DNA of 64,000 bases from Vulcanimicrobiota bacterium (GTDB lineage: Bacteria; Vulcanimicrobiota; Vulcanimicrobiia; Vulcanimicrobiales; Vulcanimicrobiaceae): NCBI GenBank assembly GCA_963820825.1, contig CAWGBN010000002.1, forward strand, positions 32,001 to 96,000, given 5' to 3'. Position numbers and translations under genes: made by a program. The number at the start of each line of letters is the position of its first letter. Position 1 is the first letter of the stretch. Positions 10,292 through 19,294 of the stretch are shown piece after piece. The notes under the pieces were generated by a model. It was not told where the DNA came from. It worked only from the letters and a program-made list of their open reading frames with translations, and ran no database searches.

Positions 10292-11428
10292 TTATGTCAA
10301 CACATCTTCGAGGCGATCGGTGTCGCGCGCCATGACGATCTCCATCGCGATGCGCTCGCCGACGGAAACGTCGCGTCCCCATCGGTAGGCGGAGTAGGGC
10401 GTGTAGCGCGTTCCGGGCGAGCCCGGGATGCGCAGCGAGACGTCGTAGCAGACGAGCTCCTTCGGCGGGCCCGCCGTCACGACGCACTGCAATGCGAAGG
10501 GGCCGATCACGCCGGGCGGCTGCGCCTCGCACGCCGCAGCGACGAAACGATCGCCCATCGCAAAGGCCGGTTCGAGCATCGACTCGAGAACGGTGGCCGC
10601 GATATGCCCCGCCTCCTCGAGACGCATCGGCACGTCGCGCACGGCCTCGAACGCAAAGGGCGGCAGGTTGCGAAAGCCTTCGAGATTCGTCTGACGCCGC
10701 GTATCGGTGCCGCTCAGCTCGAGCTCGCCGAGCAGCGGCGAGTAGAAGAAATTGAAGTTGACCGAAGGGCCGAGCGCATACTCCTCGATCCGCGCCGCCG
10801 CAAGCCCCTCCGCGGTCAGCACACCGGCTTCGATCAATCGGTCGCTCGTCGCGCGGTACTCCGCAGGCGACGATGCCAAGAAAAACGCGCGCTCGAAGCT
10901 GACTCGCGCGTGCGGCGCCTTCACCATCACGAGCCGGTCGATCTCCTCCGGTGAGGAAAACTCGCGCGGATGCCTGATCCCGGCCCACCGCAGCAACGCG
11001 TATTGGTTTCCCTCTCCTTCGCGCTCCTCGGCTTTGAGCAGTGCGCGATTGCCGAAAAACGGTACGAGCATCCGCCGTTCGATCTCGTCGTACTCGAACT
11101 TCTGGTGCAAGTAGACCTCGAACGACCGGTTTGCGACGAAGATCACGTTTTGATCGAGCAGCCGGCGCTGCACGTCCGCGCGCAGAATCTCCGTAAAGGC
11201 GTCGAGCTCCAGGGTCGCATCGACGCATCCCCGTCGCGGATTCTCTGCGACGGCAAAGTATCGCGCATACGTCTGCTCGCGTCCCTTTGCGGTCACGACG
11301 AGATTGCGGAGGCCCTGAGTCCGCGCTCCGTATGCCACCTCGAGCGCCGAATGGCTGCCGATCGAACACAGGGTCAAGGCAGAACGATCGTAGACCGCAA
11401 GCGCATCCGTGACGTGCTCCGTACTCAC
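10292..11428 (-). CDS. Archaeal PurP-like ATP-grasp protein (DUF1246/DUF1297), divergent paralogue
   Basis: GSHSALEV, FGNRALLKAEER, FERAFF, NFNFFYSPL, DTRRQTN, GPFALQ, DVSLRIPGSP, GERIAMEI. Confidence 0.88.
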   Translation of the reverse strand: MSTEHVTDALAVYDRSALTLCSIGSHSALEVAYGARTQGLRNLVVTAKGREQTYARYFAVAENPRRGCVDATLELDAFTEILRADVQRRLLDQNVIFVANRSFEVYLHQKFEYDEIERRMLVPFFGNRALLKAEEREGEGNQYALLRWAGIRHPREFSSPEEIDRLVMVKAPHARVSFERAFFLASSPAEYRATSDRLIEAGVLTAEGLAAARIEEYALGPSVNFNFFYSPLLGELELSGTDTRRQTNLEGFRNLPPFAFEAVRDVPMRLEEAGHIAATVLESMLEPAFAMGDRFVAAACEAQPPGVIGPFALQCVVTAGPPKELVCYDVSLRIPGSPGTRYTPYSAYRWGRDVSVGERIAMEIVMARDTDRLEDVLT

Positions 11429-11435
11429 GACCGCG

Positions 11436-12422
11436 TCATTCGACGCGAACCTTGCCGCCCATGCGCCGCCACACGATCGGCGCATAGATTGCGACGACGG
11501 CGATGCCGGCTACGTTGACGGCGAGCGCGCAGCTCAAGGCGATCGCTGAAGGAGCCGCCGCAAAGATCGAGATCCCTCCGCGTCCGAACGGAAGTCCCGG
11601 CAAAAGGTATGGAAAGATCGTTCCCGCAAACGCGACAAGCAGCGCGATGATAAATGCCGACGTCGCTAGGAAAGCCGTAGCCGGCCGCCCGCGCCGGGCG
11701 CTCCGCCACATCAGGAGGAGCGCCGAGACCGAGACCGCCGGCATCGCGAAGAGCCACGCCGCCCGAACCGGCCCGTGCGCTACGAACGTAAGCCCGGTTA
11801 CGACGAGATAAAGCGCACCGACGACCCAAACCCCGGCGCCCACAACACGCATCGCGCGGGCGCAGGGCTTGCCCTCGATCCGCATGGCCGCAAACGCGGC
11901 CCCGTGCGTTGAAAGCGTAACCAGTGCGAAGAGGGCCACCAGCAGCGCGTACGGATTCAACAAGAATGCAAACGTCCCGCGAAAGTACCCGGCCGCATCG
12001 AGCGGCAGACCGTGAAGTAAGTTCCCCAGCGCGAGCCCGAAGATGAAGATCAGCAGCGCACTCGAGAGCGCGAATGCCGTATCCCAAGCCTGATGCCAGA
12101 GCGCCGACGCAAAATGGTCGCGCAGCTCGATCGCGATGCCTCGAAACATGAGCAGCCAGAGACTGACGATGAACGGCAGATAAAAGCCGGAGAATGACGA
12201 GGCGTACGCCGCCGGAAAGAGCGCGAAGAGCGCCGCCGCCGCCGCAATGAGCCATACCTCGTTTCCGTTCCAGAACGGTCCGATGCTCGCCATCACCGCG
12301 CTGCGCTCCCGGTCGTCGCGCGCGATCAGCGGCGCAATCGCGGCGGCGCCGAGGTCGAACCCGTCGAGCACGACGTACGCCGTCAACATAAAGGCGATCA
12401 CGATAAAGGCCGCGACGCTCAC
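11436..12422 (-). CDS. cydB: Cytochrome bd ubiquinol oxidase subunit II
   Basis: YVVLDGFDLG, IGPFWNGNEVWL, FRGIAIELR; multi-TM. Confidence 0.95.
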   Translation of the reverse strand: MSVAAFIVIAFMLTAYVVLDGFDLGAAAIAPLIARDDRERSAVMASIGPFWNGNEVWLIAAAAALFALFPAAYASSFSGFYLPFIVSLWLLMFRGIAIELRDHFASALWHQAWDTAFALSSALLIFIFGLALGNLLHGLPLDAAGYFRGTFAFLLNPYALLVALFALVTLSTHGAAFAAMRIEGKPCARAMRVVGAGVWVVGALYLVVTGLTFVAHGPVRAAWLFAMPAVSVSALLLMWRSARRGRPATAFLATSAFIIALLVAFAGTIFPYLLPGLPFGRGGISIFAAAPSAIALSCALAVNVAGIAVVAIYAPIVWRRMGGKVRVE

Positions 12423-13747
12423 GCCACGCGCCCTCGGCGTGACGGGCCCTCACCGATCTCGCGCAGCATCGAGTATAGGAAGATCACGCCGATCAGGAAG
12501 TACATTCCGAGAAAGCCGATCAGGGTAAAGACCGTTTCGCCGGTCGCGACCGTGGGCGAGCCGCCTTGCGCGGTTTTCATGAGGCCGTAGATAATCCACG
12601 GCTGACGGCCGACTTCGGTAACGATCCAGCCCGCCTCGTTTGCGACGTACGGAAACGGCATCAGCAGCATCAAACACCACAACATTAATCGGGCGCGCCA
12701 GAGACGGCCGGCGAGCAGCAAGAATGCCGCGAGCCCCGACGCCGCCGCAAAGATCATGCCGAGTCCGACCATGACGTGATAGGCGTAGTACGTAAGTTCG
12801 ACCGGGGGCCAAAGGTCACGCGCGTACGCGCTCAGGCCGCCGACGTTCGCGTAACGGTTGCCGTAGGCCAGGAAGCTCAGGAACTCCGGCACGTAAATGG
12901 GATCGATCAGACGGGCGTTCGCAACGTCGGGCATGCCGACGATTGCCAGCGGCGCGCCGCGGGTCGTCTTAAAGAGTCCTTCCATGGCCGCCAGCTTCAC
13001 CGGCTGAAAACTCGTGACGCTCTTGCCGTTACGGTCCCCAGTCGGAAAGACCGCAAGCACGGCAAAGATTAGCCCAACGATCACCCCGGCACGCACGAAT
13101 CGCCGCCCGGCCGACTCGTCACGTTCCGAAAGAAGATAATACGCACCGATGCCCGCGACGATGAAGGCGCCGCAGAGAATCGCCCCGGCAAGGACGTGTG
13201 CGAACTGCCAGAACAAGAATGGCGACGAGAGCACGCGCCAGATGTTTTGCAGCTCGATCGTGCCGTCGGTCCGAATCGCGTAACCGACCGGATGCTGCAT
13301 CCAGGCCTCCGTCGCAATCACGAAAAAGCCGGAGAGCCACGAACCGAGGCACACGAAAACGGCCGACCACGCGGTGAACGCGTCCGGCGGTCCGCTGCGC
13401 CCGTAGAGCACCACGCCGAGAAAGATCGACTCCAGGAAGAACGCAAAGACGCTTTCCATCGCGAGCGGCTGCCCGACAACCGAGCCGGATCGTTGCGCAA
13501 AGGCAGCCCAGTTGGTACCGAACTGAAACTCCATGGGGATGCCGCTGACCACGCCGACGGCGAAGTTGATCGCGAAGATTCGCGTGAAAAACCTCGCGAT
13601 CCGCGCCGATTCTTCATCGCGGTCGCGGGCGGCTTTCCACGTATAGGCCGCGACAAACGGCGCCAACCCCATCGTTCCGATCGGAAAGAGGTAATGGAAC
13701 ATGACGGTAAACGCGAACTGCAGACGGTCGGCGAGTACCGGATCCAC
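12419..13747 (-). CDS. cydA: Cytochrome bd ubiquinol oxidase subunit I (short Q-loop)
   Basis: RLQFAFTVMFHYLF, MEFQFGTNW, AFFLES, WMQHP, QPVKLAAME, NEAGWIVTEVGRQPW. Confidence 0.96.
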   Translation of the reverse strand: MDPVLADRLQFAFTVMFHYLFPIGTMGLAPFVAAYTWKAARDRDEESARIARFFTRIFAINFAVGVVSGIPMEFQFGTNWAAFAQRSGSVVGQPLAMESVFAFFLESIFLGVVLYGRSGPPDAFTAWSAVFVCLGSWLSGFFVIATEAWMQHPVGYAIRTDGTIELQNIWRVLSSPFLFWQFAHVLAGAILCGAFIVAGIGAYYLLSERDESAGRRFVRAGVIVGLIFAVLAVFPTGDRNGKSVTSFQPVKLAAMEGLFKTTRGAPLAIVGMPDVANARLIDPIYVPEFLSFLAYGNRYANVGGLSAYARDLWPPVELTYYAYHVMVGLGMIFAAASGLAAFLLLAGRLWRARLMLWCLMLLMPFPYVANEAGWIVTEVGRQPWIIYGLMKTAQGGSPTVATGETVFTLIGFLGMYFLIGVIFLYSMLREIGEGPSRRGRVA

Positions 13748-13762
13748 GGCAAAACCGCGAGG

Positions 13763-14878
13763 CTACGTTCCCAGCAGCTTGCGCGCTTGGGCGCTGTCTT
13801 GATATTCTACGGTGAGAATCGCCTTGATCTCCGACGCGGCACCGCGCGACTGCCGGTCGGTCATGCGCTGCAGCGTCGTGTAACACCAGTAGAGCAGCAT
13901 CGGAAGATCGCGATCGCGGGGATAGACCCGCTGCATCGCAACGATTGCCTTGGCAACGTCCATCGCCGGGTCGCTCTCGGCGTTGCCGTAGTTGTAATCG
14001 AGCATGAAATTGATGTGCTTGAGCCGGTTCTCGATCTCGAGAATCGACATGCCCATCGGCCCGAAGTATTCGTCGGCCGGAGCGAGCGTCGACAGGTAGG
14101 CGTCGTGCGGCATGGAGCTGACGGTGGCGATCACGCGAAGCGGATCGACGGCTTTCAGCCGCGCGAGAAAGCGCTGCGCGTTGGCGACCTCCGCTCCGCT
14201 ATATCCACGATCGGTCGAGGCGCCGCTCGCGGCGTTCACCAGCTCGTTGCCCCAGGTCGTCGGCAGATGCGCGACCGGAAAGTTCGGCGCCGCGGCGCGC
14301 GAAAACGCAAGCGCTCGCCACGACGGATTGTGCGTCAAGAGCCACCCGCGCCAATCGGCCTCGACTTGGATCAGCAGCGCGTCGATATCCCCGGGGTAGG
14401 CTTTGACGTTCGCCGTCGCATCGGCATCGGCGAAACGAGCGAGCTGGGCCGGATCGTCCTCGGAGTTCACGCGCTGCAGTAGGTTCTGCGCCTGCGAGAG
14501 CAGTTGCAGATCCTCCGAGTGCTTCGAGACCCAATCGGCGGCCTCGCGCACCCACCAGACGGCGGCGTCGTGATTGGTCAACGGATTGTAATGCAAGCCC
14601 TGACCGATGCGGACGGTGAGCGTGGCCAGCTCGCCGTAGTTCGTATCGTCCGGATACTGCAGCGAATAGGCCCGGCCGGCATTGAAAATCGTCGAAAGAT
14701 AGAGCTCCTGCGAGCGAAAGTCCCAGCCGGCCGCCGAGCCTTTCGCGTACGCGTCCTTCATTTGCGCGTAAAGGACGGCCGGATCGACCTCGAGCGTCGC
14801 TAGCGCCGGCGTCGGTGCGACGACCGTCACGAGCAGCGCGAATACGAGCGCAGCGCCACTACAGAATGCTCGAGTCAT
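13763..14878 (-). CDS. Exported alpha-helical hypothetical protein
   Basis: 371 aa, signal peptide, host-like codon usage, APADEYFG segment; overlaps the purP stop. Confidence 0.75.
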   Translation of the reverse strand: MTRAFCSGAALVFALLVTVVAPTPALATLEVDPAVLYAQMKDAYAKGSAAGWDFRSQELYLSTIFNAGRAYSLQYPDDTNYGELATLTVRIGQGLHYNPLTNHDAAVWWVREAADWVSKHSEDLQLLSQAQNLLQRVNSEDDPAQLARFADADATANVKAYPGDIDALLIQVEADWRGWLLTHNPSWRALAFSRAAAPNFPVAHLPTTWGNELVNAASGASTDRGYSGAEVANAQRFLARLKAVDPLRVIATVSSMPHDAYLSTLAPADEYFGPMGMSILEIENRLKHINFMLDYNYGNAESDPAMDVAKAIVAMQRVYPRDRDLPMLLYWCYTTLQRMTDRQSRGAASEIKAILTVEYQDSAQARKLLGT

Positions 14879-15881
14879 CCAAAACCAAATGTAAATTATT
14901 GGTCAGCAGCGCGTTCTTGATCTCGCGTGCGATCCGCCGTCCCGTCGACATCGGCTCCGAATAGTTGAGATACGAATAGGGCGAGCCGTCGATGAAGAGA
15001 TTCGTCCCGGCGACGATCCGCGCTGAGATCTCCATCACGTAGAATTGAATGTCGGGTGTAATGATCGTCTCGATGCAGAACGCGCCGAAGAGACCTTTCG
15101 GGCCGCAGATCTCCTTGCTCACGCGCACCACGTCGTCACCCATGCGCAGCGCCTCGGCGAGCATCGATTCACGCAACGAGACCGGCTGATTGCCGACGAC
15201 CACGTACGAGGGGCTGACGTCCATGCCTTCCTGCGCCGCGGCCGGAATGCGGCCGAGCGAATCGACGTTCGTCTCGTAGCGGCGATCCATCGACATGATC
15301 TCGAGCTTGTGCTGCAGCGGCGAGTAGAAGTAGTGAATGTAGAGCGGTACCCCGATGATGTACTCTTGGATCGTATAGGCTTCTTTCAGATGCGCCGCGC
15401 GGACTTCGAAGTCGTGCGTATCTTGAATGAACATGTAACCCTTGCCGCCCGCCGCCCCGTAGAGCTTGACGATGACCGGCCGGTCAATCTCGGCGCCGCT
15501 GCGAAACTGGCGCGGCAGCTTCAGGCCCGCGCGCGAGAGCCACTCGCGCTGCAGCTCGCGGCTCGCCTCCCAATCGAGAACCGCCTTATTACCGAAGTAG
15601 GGTATCGTCATCTTCTTATGTTCGTCGAGCGAGAGGTACGCGACGAACGAGCCGTGCGGAACGATGATGACCTTGCGCTTCTGGAGCTCCGCGATCTGGG
15701 ACATGAACTCGGAGTAATCGTTGAGCGCGATCACCCCGTCCACGAAGGCGAACGACTTATAGAGGCGCTCCGTGTCGCGATTCGAGACGGCGAGGGTGCG
15801 AAAACCCTCGTCGTGCGCGCCTTTTAATATCTGCAGCGCCGAGTGCGAGCCGAGCGTCGCGATCGTGTACGGGCGGTCCAT
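14859..15881 (-). CDS. purP: Formate--AICAR ligase (FAICAR synthetase), archaeal PurP type
   Basis: TLGSHSALQILKGAHDEGF, VPHGSFVAY, HYFYSPL, MDRRYETN, VVGNQP..LRESML, EISARIVAGTN, MSTGRRIAREIK. Confidence 0.92.
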   Translation of the reverse strand: MDRPYTIATLGSHSALQILKGAHDEGFRTLAVSNRDTERLYKSFAFVDGVIALNDYSEFMSQIAELQKRKVIIVPHGSFVAYLSLDEHKKMTIPYFGNKAVLDWEASRELQREWLSRAGLKLPRQFRSGAEIDRPVIVKLYGAAGGKGYMFIQDTHDFEVRAAHLKEAYTIQEYIIGVPLYIHYFYSPLQHKLEIMSMDRRYETNVDSLGRIPAAAQEGMDVSPSYVVVGNQPVSLRESMLAEALRMGDDVVRVSKEICGPKGLFGAFCIETIITPDIQFYVMEISARIVAGTNLFIDGSPYSYLNYSEPMSTGRRIAREIKNALLTNNLHLVLDDSSIL

Positions 15882-15891
15882 GCGCTCCTAG

Positions 15892-16320
15892 TTACTCGCC
15901 CTCGCCGCGATTGTCCCGGTCGCGCTCATGCTGCGACGTAACCGCGCGGTCGATCGCCGGATTGCACAAAAGTCGCTCGATCGCCGCGTCGAGCACGGCG
16001 CGCCCCGCCGGCGCACCGCTCTCGTCGAAGAGGCGCCAGGCGGTCACGGCATGCCGTTCGTGCGCGGCGAGCGGTTCGATCCAGACTTCGCCGGCACGCG
16101 GGCGCGTTTCGTCGAGGACGGCGAGGCGGTGCTTGTTGGGATTGAAGATCGTCTCGTCGGCGCGAACGCGCGCCGCGAGCGCGGCGGCGTCGTCCGATTC
16201 GTAGAAATAGACCTCGCTGCGTTCGAGCCGCGCGACGTCGACGCAGAGGCGGCGCAGCGTCACGAGCGCCGTATACGCGGTGTTGTCGGGGATCTTGAGC
16301 GAGATCGCGACCGCGCGCAT
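15892..16320 (-). CDS. purS: PurS-like protein (apparent tandem domain)
   Basis: Directly downstream of purQ; SLKIPDNTA, IFNPNKH and LLCNPAID resemble two PurS NP motifs. Confidence 0.6.
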   Translation of the reverse strand: MRAVAISLKIPDNTAYTALVTLRRLCVDVARLERSEVYFYESDDAAALAARVRADETIFNPNKHRLAVLDETRPRAGEVWIEPLAAHERHAVTAWRLFDESGAPAGRAVLDAAIERLLCNPAIDRAVTSQHERDRDNRGEGE

Positions 16321-17084
16321 TATGCCGATACCGCCGCAACGAAGCTTTTAAAGAGCGTTGCCCCGCCCGAGGGCGCGAGCACCTCGCCGTCGCGACGGTC
16401 GAGATGATTGAAATTCCACCCGTCGCGTTCGGGATGCGGCATGATCGCCAGCACGTTCCCCTCCGGATTGACGAGCCCGGCACAGCCGAGCGCCGAGGCG
16501 TTGGGGATTGCCGCCTCGTCGACGCGGCCGTCGGCGTGCGCGTACACGAAGAGCAAGTGCCCGCCGGCACGGATCTCGTCGAGGTGTTCCGGTGTGGCGG
16601 CAAGACGCCCCTCGGCATGCGCCGCCCACGCCGGAACGAGCGCCTCCTCGGGCAAGGCCGCGGTGATCGCGCTGCGCGACGGAGCGGCCGCGAGCTTCAT
16701 GTAGACGTGACGGCAGACAAAGTGCGGCTCCGGACCGTTGCGGGCAAATGCCGCCGTGGGTTTGCGAATCGCTCCGGTACCCGGCACGAGGCCCGCCTCG
16801 AGCAGAATCTGCGCGCCGTTGCAGATGCCGAAGACGAGCCGTCCGCGCTGCACCCCCTCGATCACGAAATCCATCATGCGGTCGTGCGCGGCGATCGCGC
16901 CGGCGCGAACGCGATCCTCGTAGGCGAAGCCTCCGGAGAGAACGTACGCGTCGTACTCGCGCAGCCGCTCCGCCTGCGTCCAGTGCACCAGCGCCGCCTC
17001 GCCGCCGCAGTCGCGCAGCAGACGCAGCGTTTCGTCCTCCGAGTTCGTTCCGGGAAAGACGAGCACCGCAATGCGCGCGCTCAT
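16320..17084 (-). CDS. purQ: FGAM synthase glutaminase subunit
   Basis: VFPGTN, GGFAYED, GICNGAQIL, MPHPER; ATGA overlap with purL stop. Confidence 0.95.
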   Translation of the reverse strand: MSARIAVLVFPGTNSEDETLRLLRDCGGEAALVHWTQAERLREYDAYVLSGGFAYEDRVRAGAIAAHDRMMDFVIEGVQRGRLVFGICNGAQILLEAGLVPGTGAIRKPTAAFARNGPEPHFVCRHVYMKLAAAPSRSAITAALPEEALVPAWAAHAEGRLAATPEHLDEIRAGGHLLFVYAHADGRVDEAAIPNASALGCAGLVNPEGNVLAIMPHPERDGWNFNHLDRRDGEVLAPSGGATLFKSFVAAVSA

Positions 17085-19294
17085 GGGTAGATCCCCGCCA
17101 AGGGCTGCGACCATATCGCGTAGAGACGCGCTAGGTCGAAGCGAATCCCGTTTACGATCAGCTCGCGCCCCGCGATCGTCCGGCCGATGCGAAGCGCACC
17201 GGTGAGATCGATCTCGCGTTCGTCGCTCACCTCGCAGATGAACCCGCCGGCTTCGCAGAGCGGGTTGCCGAAGTCGATCTCGGCGCCGATCTCGCGTCCG
17301 CGCAGCGTCGCGTCGAATGCGAGCCGCGCGAGCGCGGTGAGCATGCCGCCGTTGCCGATCGCGCGACACGAGAGCAAGGCGCCGCGCATATTTGCGTCGT
17401 GAACGATTCCCAGCGCGGCGCGTTCGCCGGCGTAGGAGATTGCCGGCAGTGCGCCTTCAATGCCGAGCAGTTCGGCGAGGACCGATCCCCCGACGGCGAG
17501 CTCGCGGCTTCCGATCCAGAGCAAGGTCGAATCGGACGCCTTCAACCCCGGCGTCACCACGCGCGAAACGTCGTCGAGCGCACCGATGCAGGCGACGATC
17601 GCCGAGGCGGGGACGGCGCGGCCAGTGCTCGATTCGTTGTAGAAGCTGACGTTGCCGGAGACGAAGGGCAGATCGAGCTCGGTTGCCGCTCGCGCCAAGC
17701 CGTCGACCGCGGCGACGAACTCGCCGTATTGATCGGGCTTGCGCGGATTTCCGAAGTTCAGGCAATCGGTCAGGCCGATCGGTCGCGCGCCGACCGCCGC
17801 AACGTTACGCATCGCTTCAACGACGGCGTGTTCGGCGGCGTACCCCGGATCGATCCGCCCGTAACGCGGATTTCCGGCCACGGCGAGTGCGACGCCGAGC
17901 GTCGAGCCGGGGACGGGCGCGAGCACGCCGGCATCGGCAACGCCGCGCGCAAGGACGGTGCAACCGCGCACGACCGCATCGTAGCGGCGGTAGAGCGGCT
18001 CGCGCGAGGCGACGTCGCGATGGGCGAGGATGCGTGGAAAGAGCCGCTCGACGTCGACGGCTGCGAGTTCTTCGACCGCGCCCTCGTGGCGAATGACCTC
18101 GGTATAGGGCAGCTCGTCGCGGATGGAGCCGGCGAGAAAATCGCTCTCGACGTCCATCACGACCTCGCCGCGGTAGCGCAGAACGTAACGCGGCTCGGAG
18201 GTAACGCGCCCGACGATCGTCGCACAGGCGTTGAAGGCGATCTCCGGCAGCGTAAACTCTTCGTTATAGATGCGCACCGCCTCGCGGGCGATCTCCGGCG
18301 GGAGAATCCAGAGCAGGCGCTCTTGGGTCTCGCCGACGGCGATCACCTCCGGCGGCATACCCTCGACGGCAACGTTGACCCGATCGAGATCGATCTCCGC
18401 GCCGTAACCGCCTTGCGCCGCTATCTCGGCCGAACACCCAACGATGCCGCCCGCGCCGAGATCTTTGAACCCCGCGCAGATCTTCTTCTCCCGCAGCAAC
18501 GCGAAGAGCCGATAGCTCGCGCGCATCAGCACGTTCTTCAAGAACGGATCGGGGACTTGAACCGCGCCCTTATTGAGCTCCGCCTCCTGCGCATCGAGCG
18601 TCAGCGATGAGAACGACGCGCCGCCGAAGCCGCTCGGATCGGTTGCTTTGCCGACGAGCACGATCGCCCAATCGTCGGCGCCCTTTGGTGCCGACGAATG
18701 GACGATCTCCGACTCTTTGACGATGCCCATCGCCACGACGTTGACCAGCGCGTTCTCGTCGAAGCCTTCGTCGAAATACACGTCGCCCGCGAGGTTAGGA
18801 ACGCCGATCGCGTTGCCGTACGATCCGATGCCGTCGACGACGCCCTGCGCGACGTGGCGCGCGTGCGTTCCGCTCTCCTCCACCCGTCCGAAGCGCAGCG
18901 GATCGGCGACGCCGATGACTTCGGCGCCCATGCAGAGCACGTCGCGCACGATGCCGCCGATTCCGGTCGCCGCGCCCTCGAAGGGAACGATCTGCGAGGG
19001 ATGGTTATGCGACTCGTGAGCGACGACCACGGCGTACCGCTCGCCCTCGTGGACGCCCAGGTGGAGCGCTCCGGCGTCCTCTCCAGGACCGAGGACGACG
19101 CTGCCGCCGCTGGTCGGAAGCCGCTTTAAGTGATGGCGGCTCGATTTGTAGCTGCAATGTTCGCTCCACTGCGCGTCAAAGGCGTGCAGCTCGACGATCG
19201 TAGGTTCGCGTCCGAGCCGCTGCTTGATGCGCTGCAACTCGTCGTCGCGCAGTGCGACGTTCGGAGCTCCATAGAGCCCACTAACCAAGGGCAT
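17081..19294 (-). CDS. purL: FGAM synthase synthetase subunit (small PurL)
   Basis: WSEHCSYKS, ESHNHPS, GAATGIGG, DLGAGG, ETQER, DCLNFGNP, SGNVSFYN. Confidence 0.97.
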   Translation of the reverse strand: MPLVSGLYGAPNVALRDDELQRIKQRLGREPTIVELHAFDAQWSEHCSYKSSRHHLKRLPTSGGSVVLGPGEDAGALHLGVHEGERYAVVVAHESHNHPSQIVPFEGAATGIGGIVRDVLCMGAEVIGVADPLRFGRVEESGTHARHVAQGVVDGIGSYGNAIGVPNLAGDVYFDEGFDENALVNVVAMGIVKESEIVHSSAPKGADDWAIVLVGKATDPSGFGGASFSSLTLDAQEAELNKGAVQVPDPFLKNVLMRASYRLFALLREKKICAGFKDLGAGGIVGCSAEIAAQGGYGAEIDLDRVNVAVEGMPPEVIAVGETQERLLWILPPEIAREAVRIYNEEFTLPEIAFNACATIVGRVTSEPRYVLRYRGEVVMDVESDFLAGSIRDELPYTEVIRHEGAVEELAAVDVERLFPRILAHRDVASREPLYRRYDAVVRGCTVLARGVADAGVLAPVPGSTLGVALAVAGNPRYGRIDPGYAAEHAVVEAMRNVAAVGARPIGLTDCLNFGNPRKPDQYGEFVAAVDGLARAATELDLPFVSGNVSFYNESSTGRAVPASAIVACIGALDDVSRVVTPGLKASDSTLLWIGSRELAVGGSVLAELLGIEGALPAISYAGERAALGIVHDANMRGALLSCRAIGNGGMLTALARLAFDATLRGREIGAEIDFGNPLCEAGGFICEVSDEREIDLTGALRIGRTIAGRELIVNGIRFDLARLYAIWSQPLAGIYP

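Noticed and set aside
9723..11369. 548-aa extended Tpx
   Set aside because: The extension is an off-frame shadow of the PurP-like gene; the real ATG with SD is at 10262.
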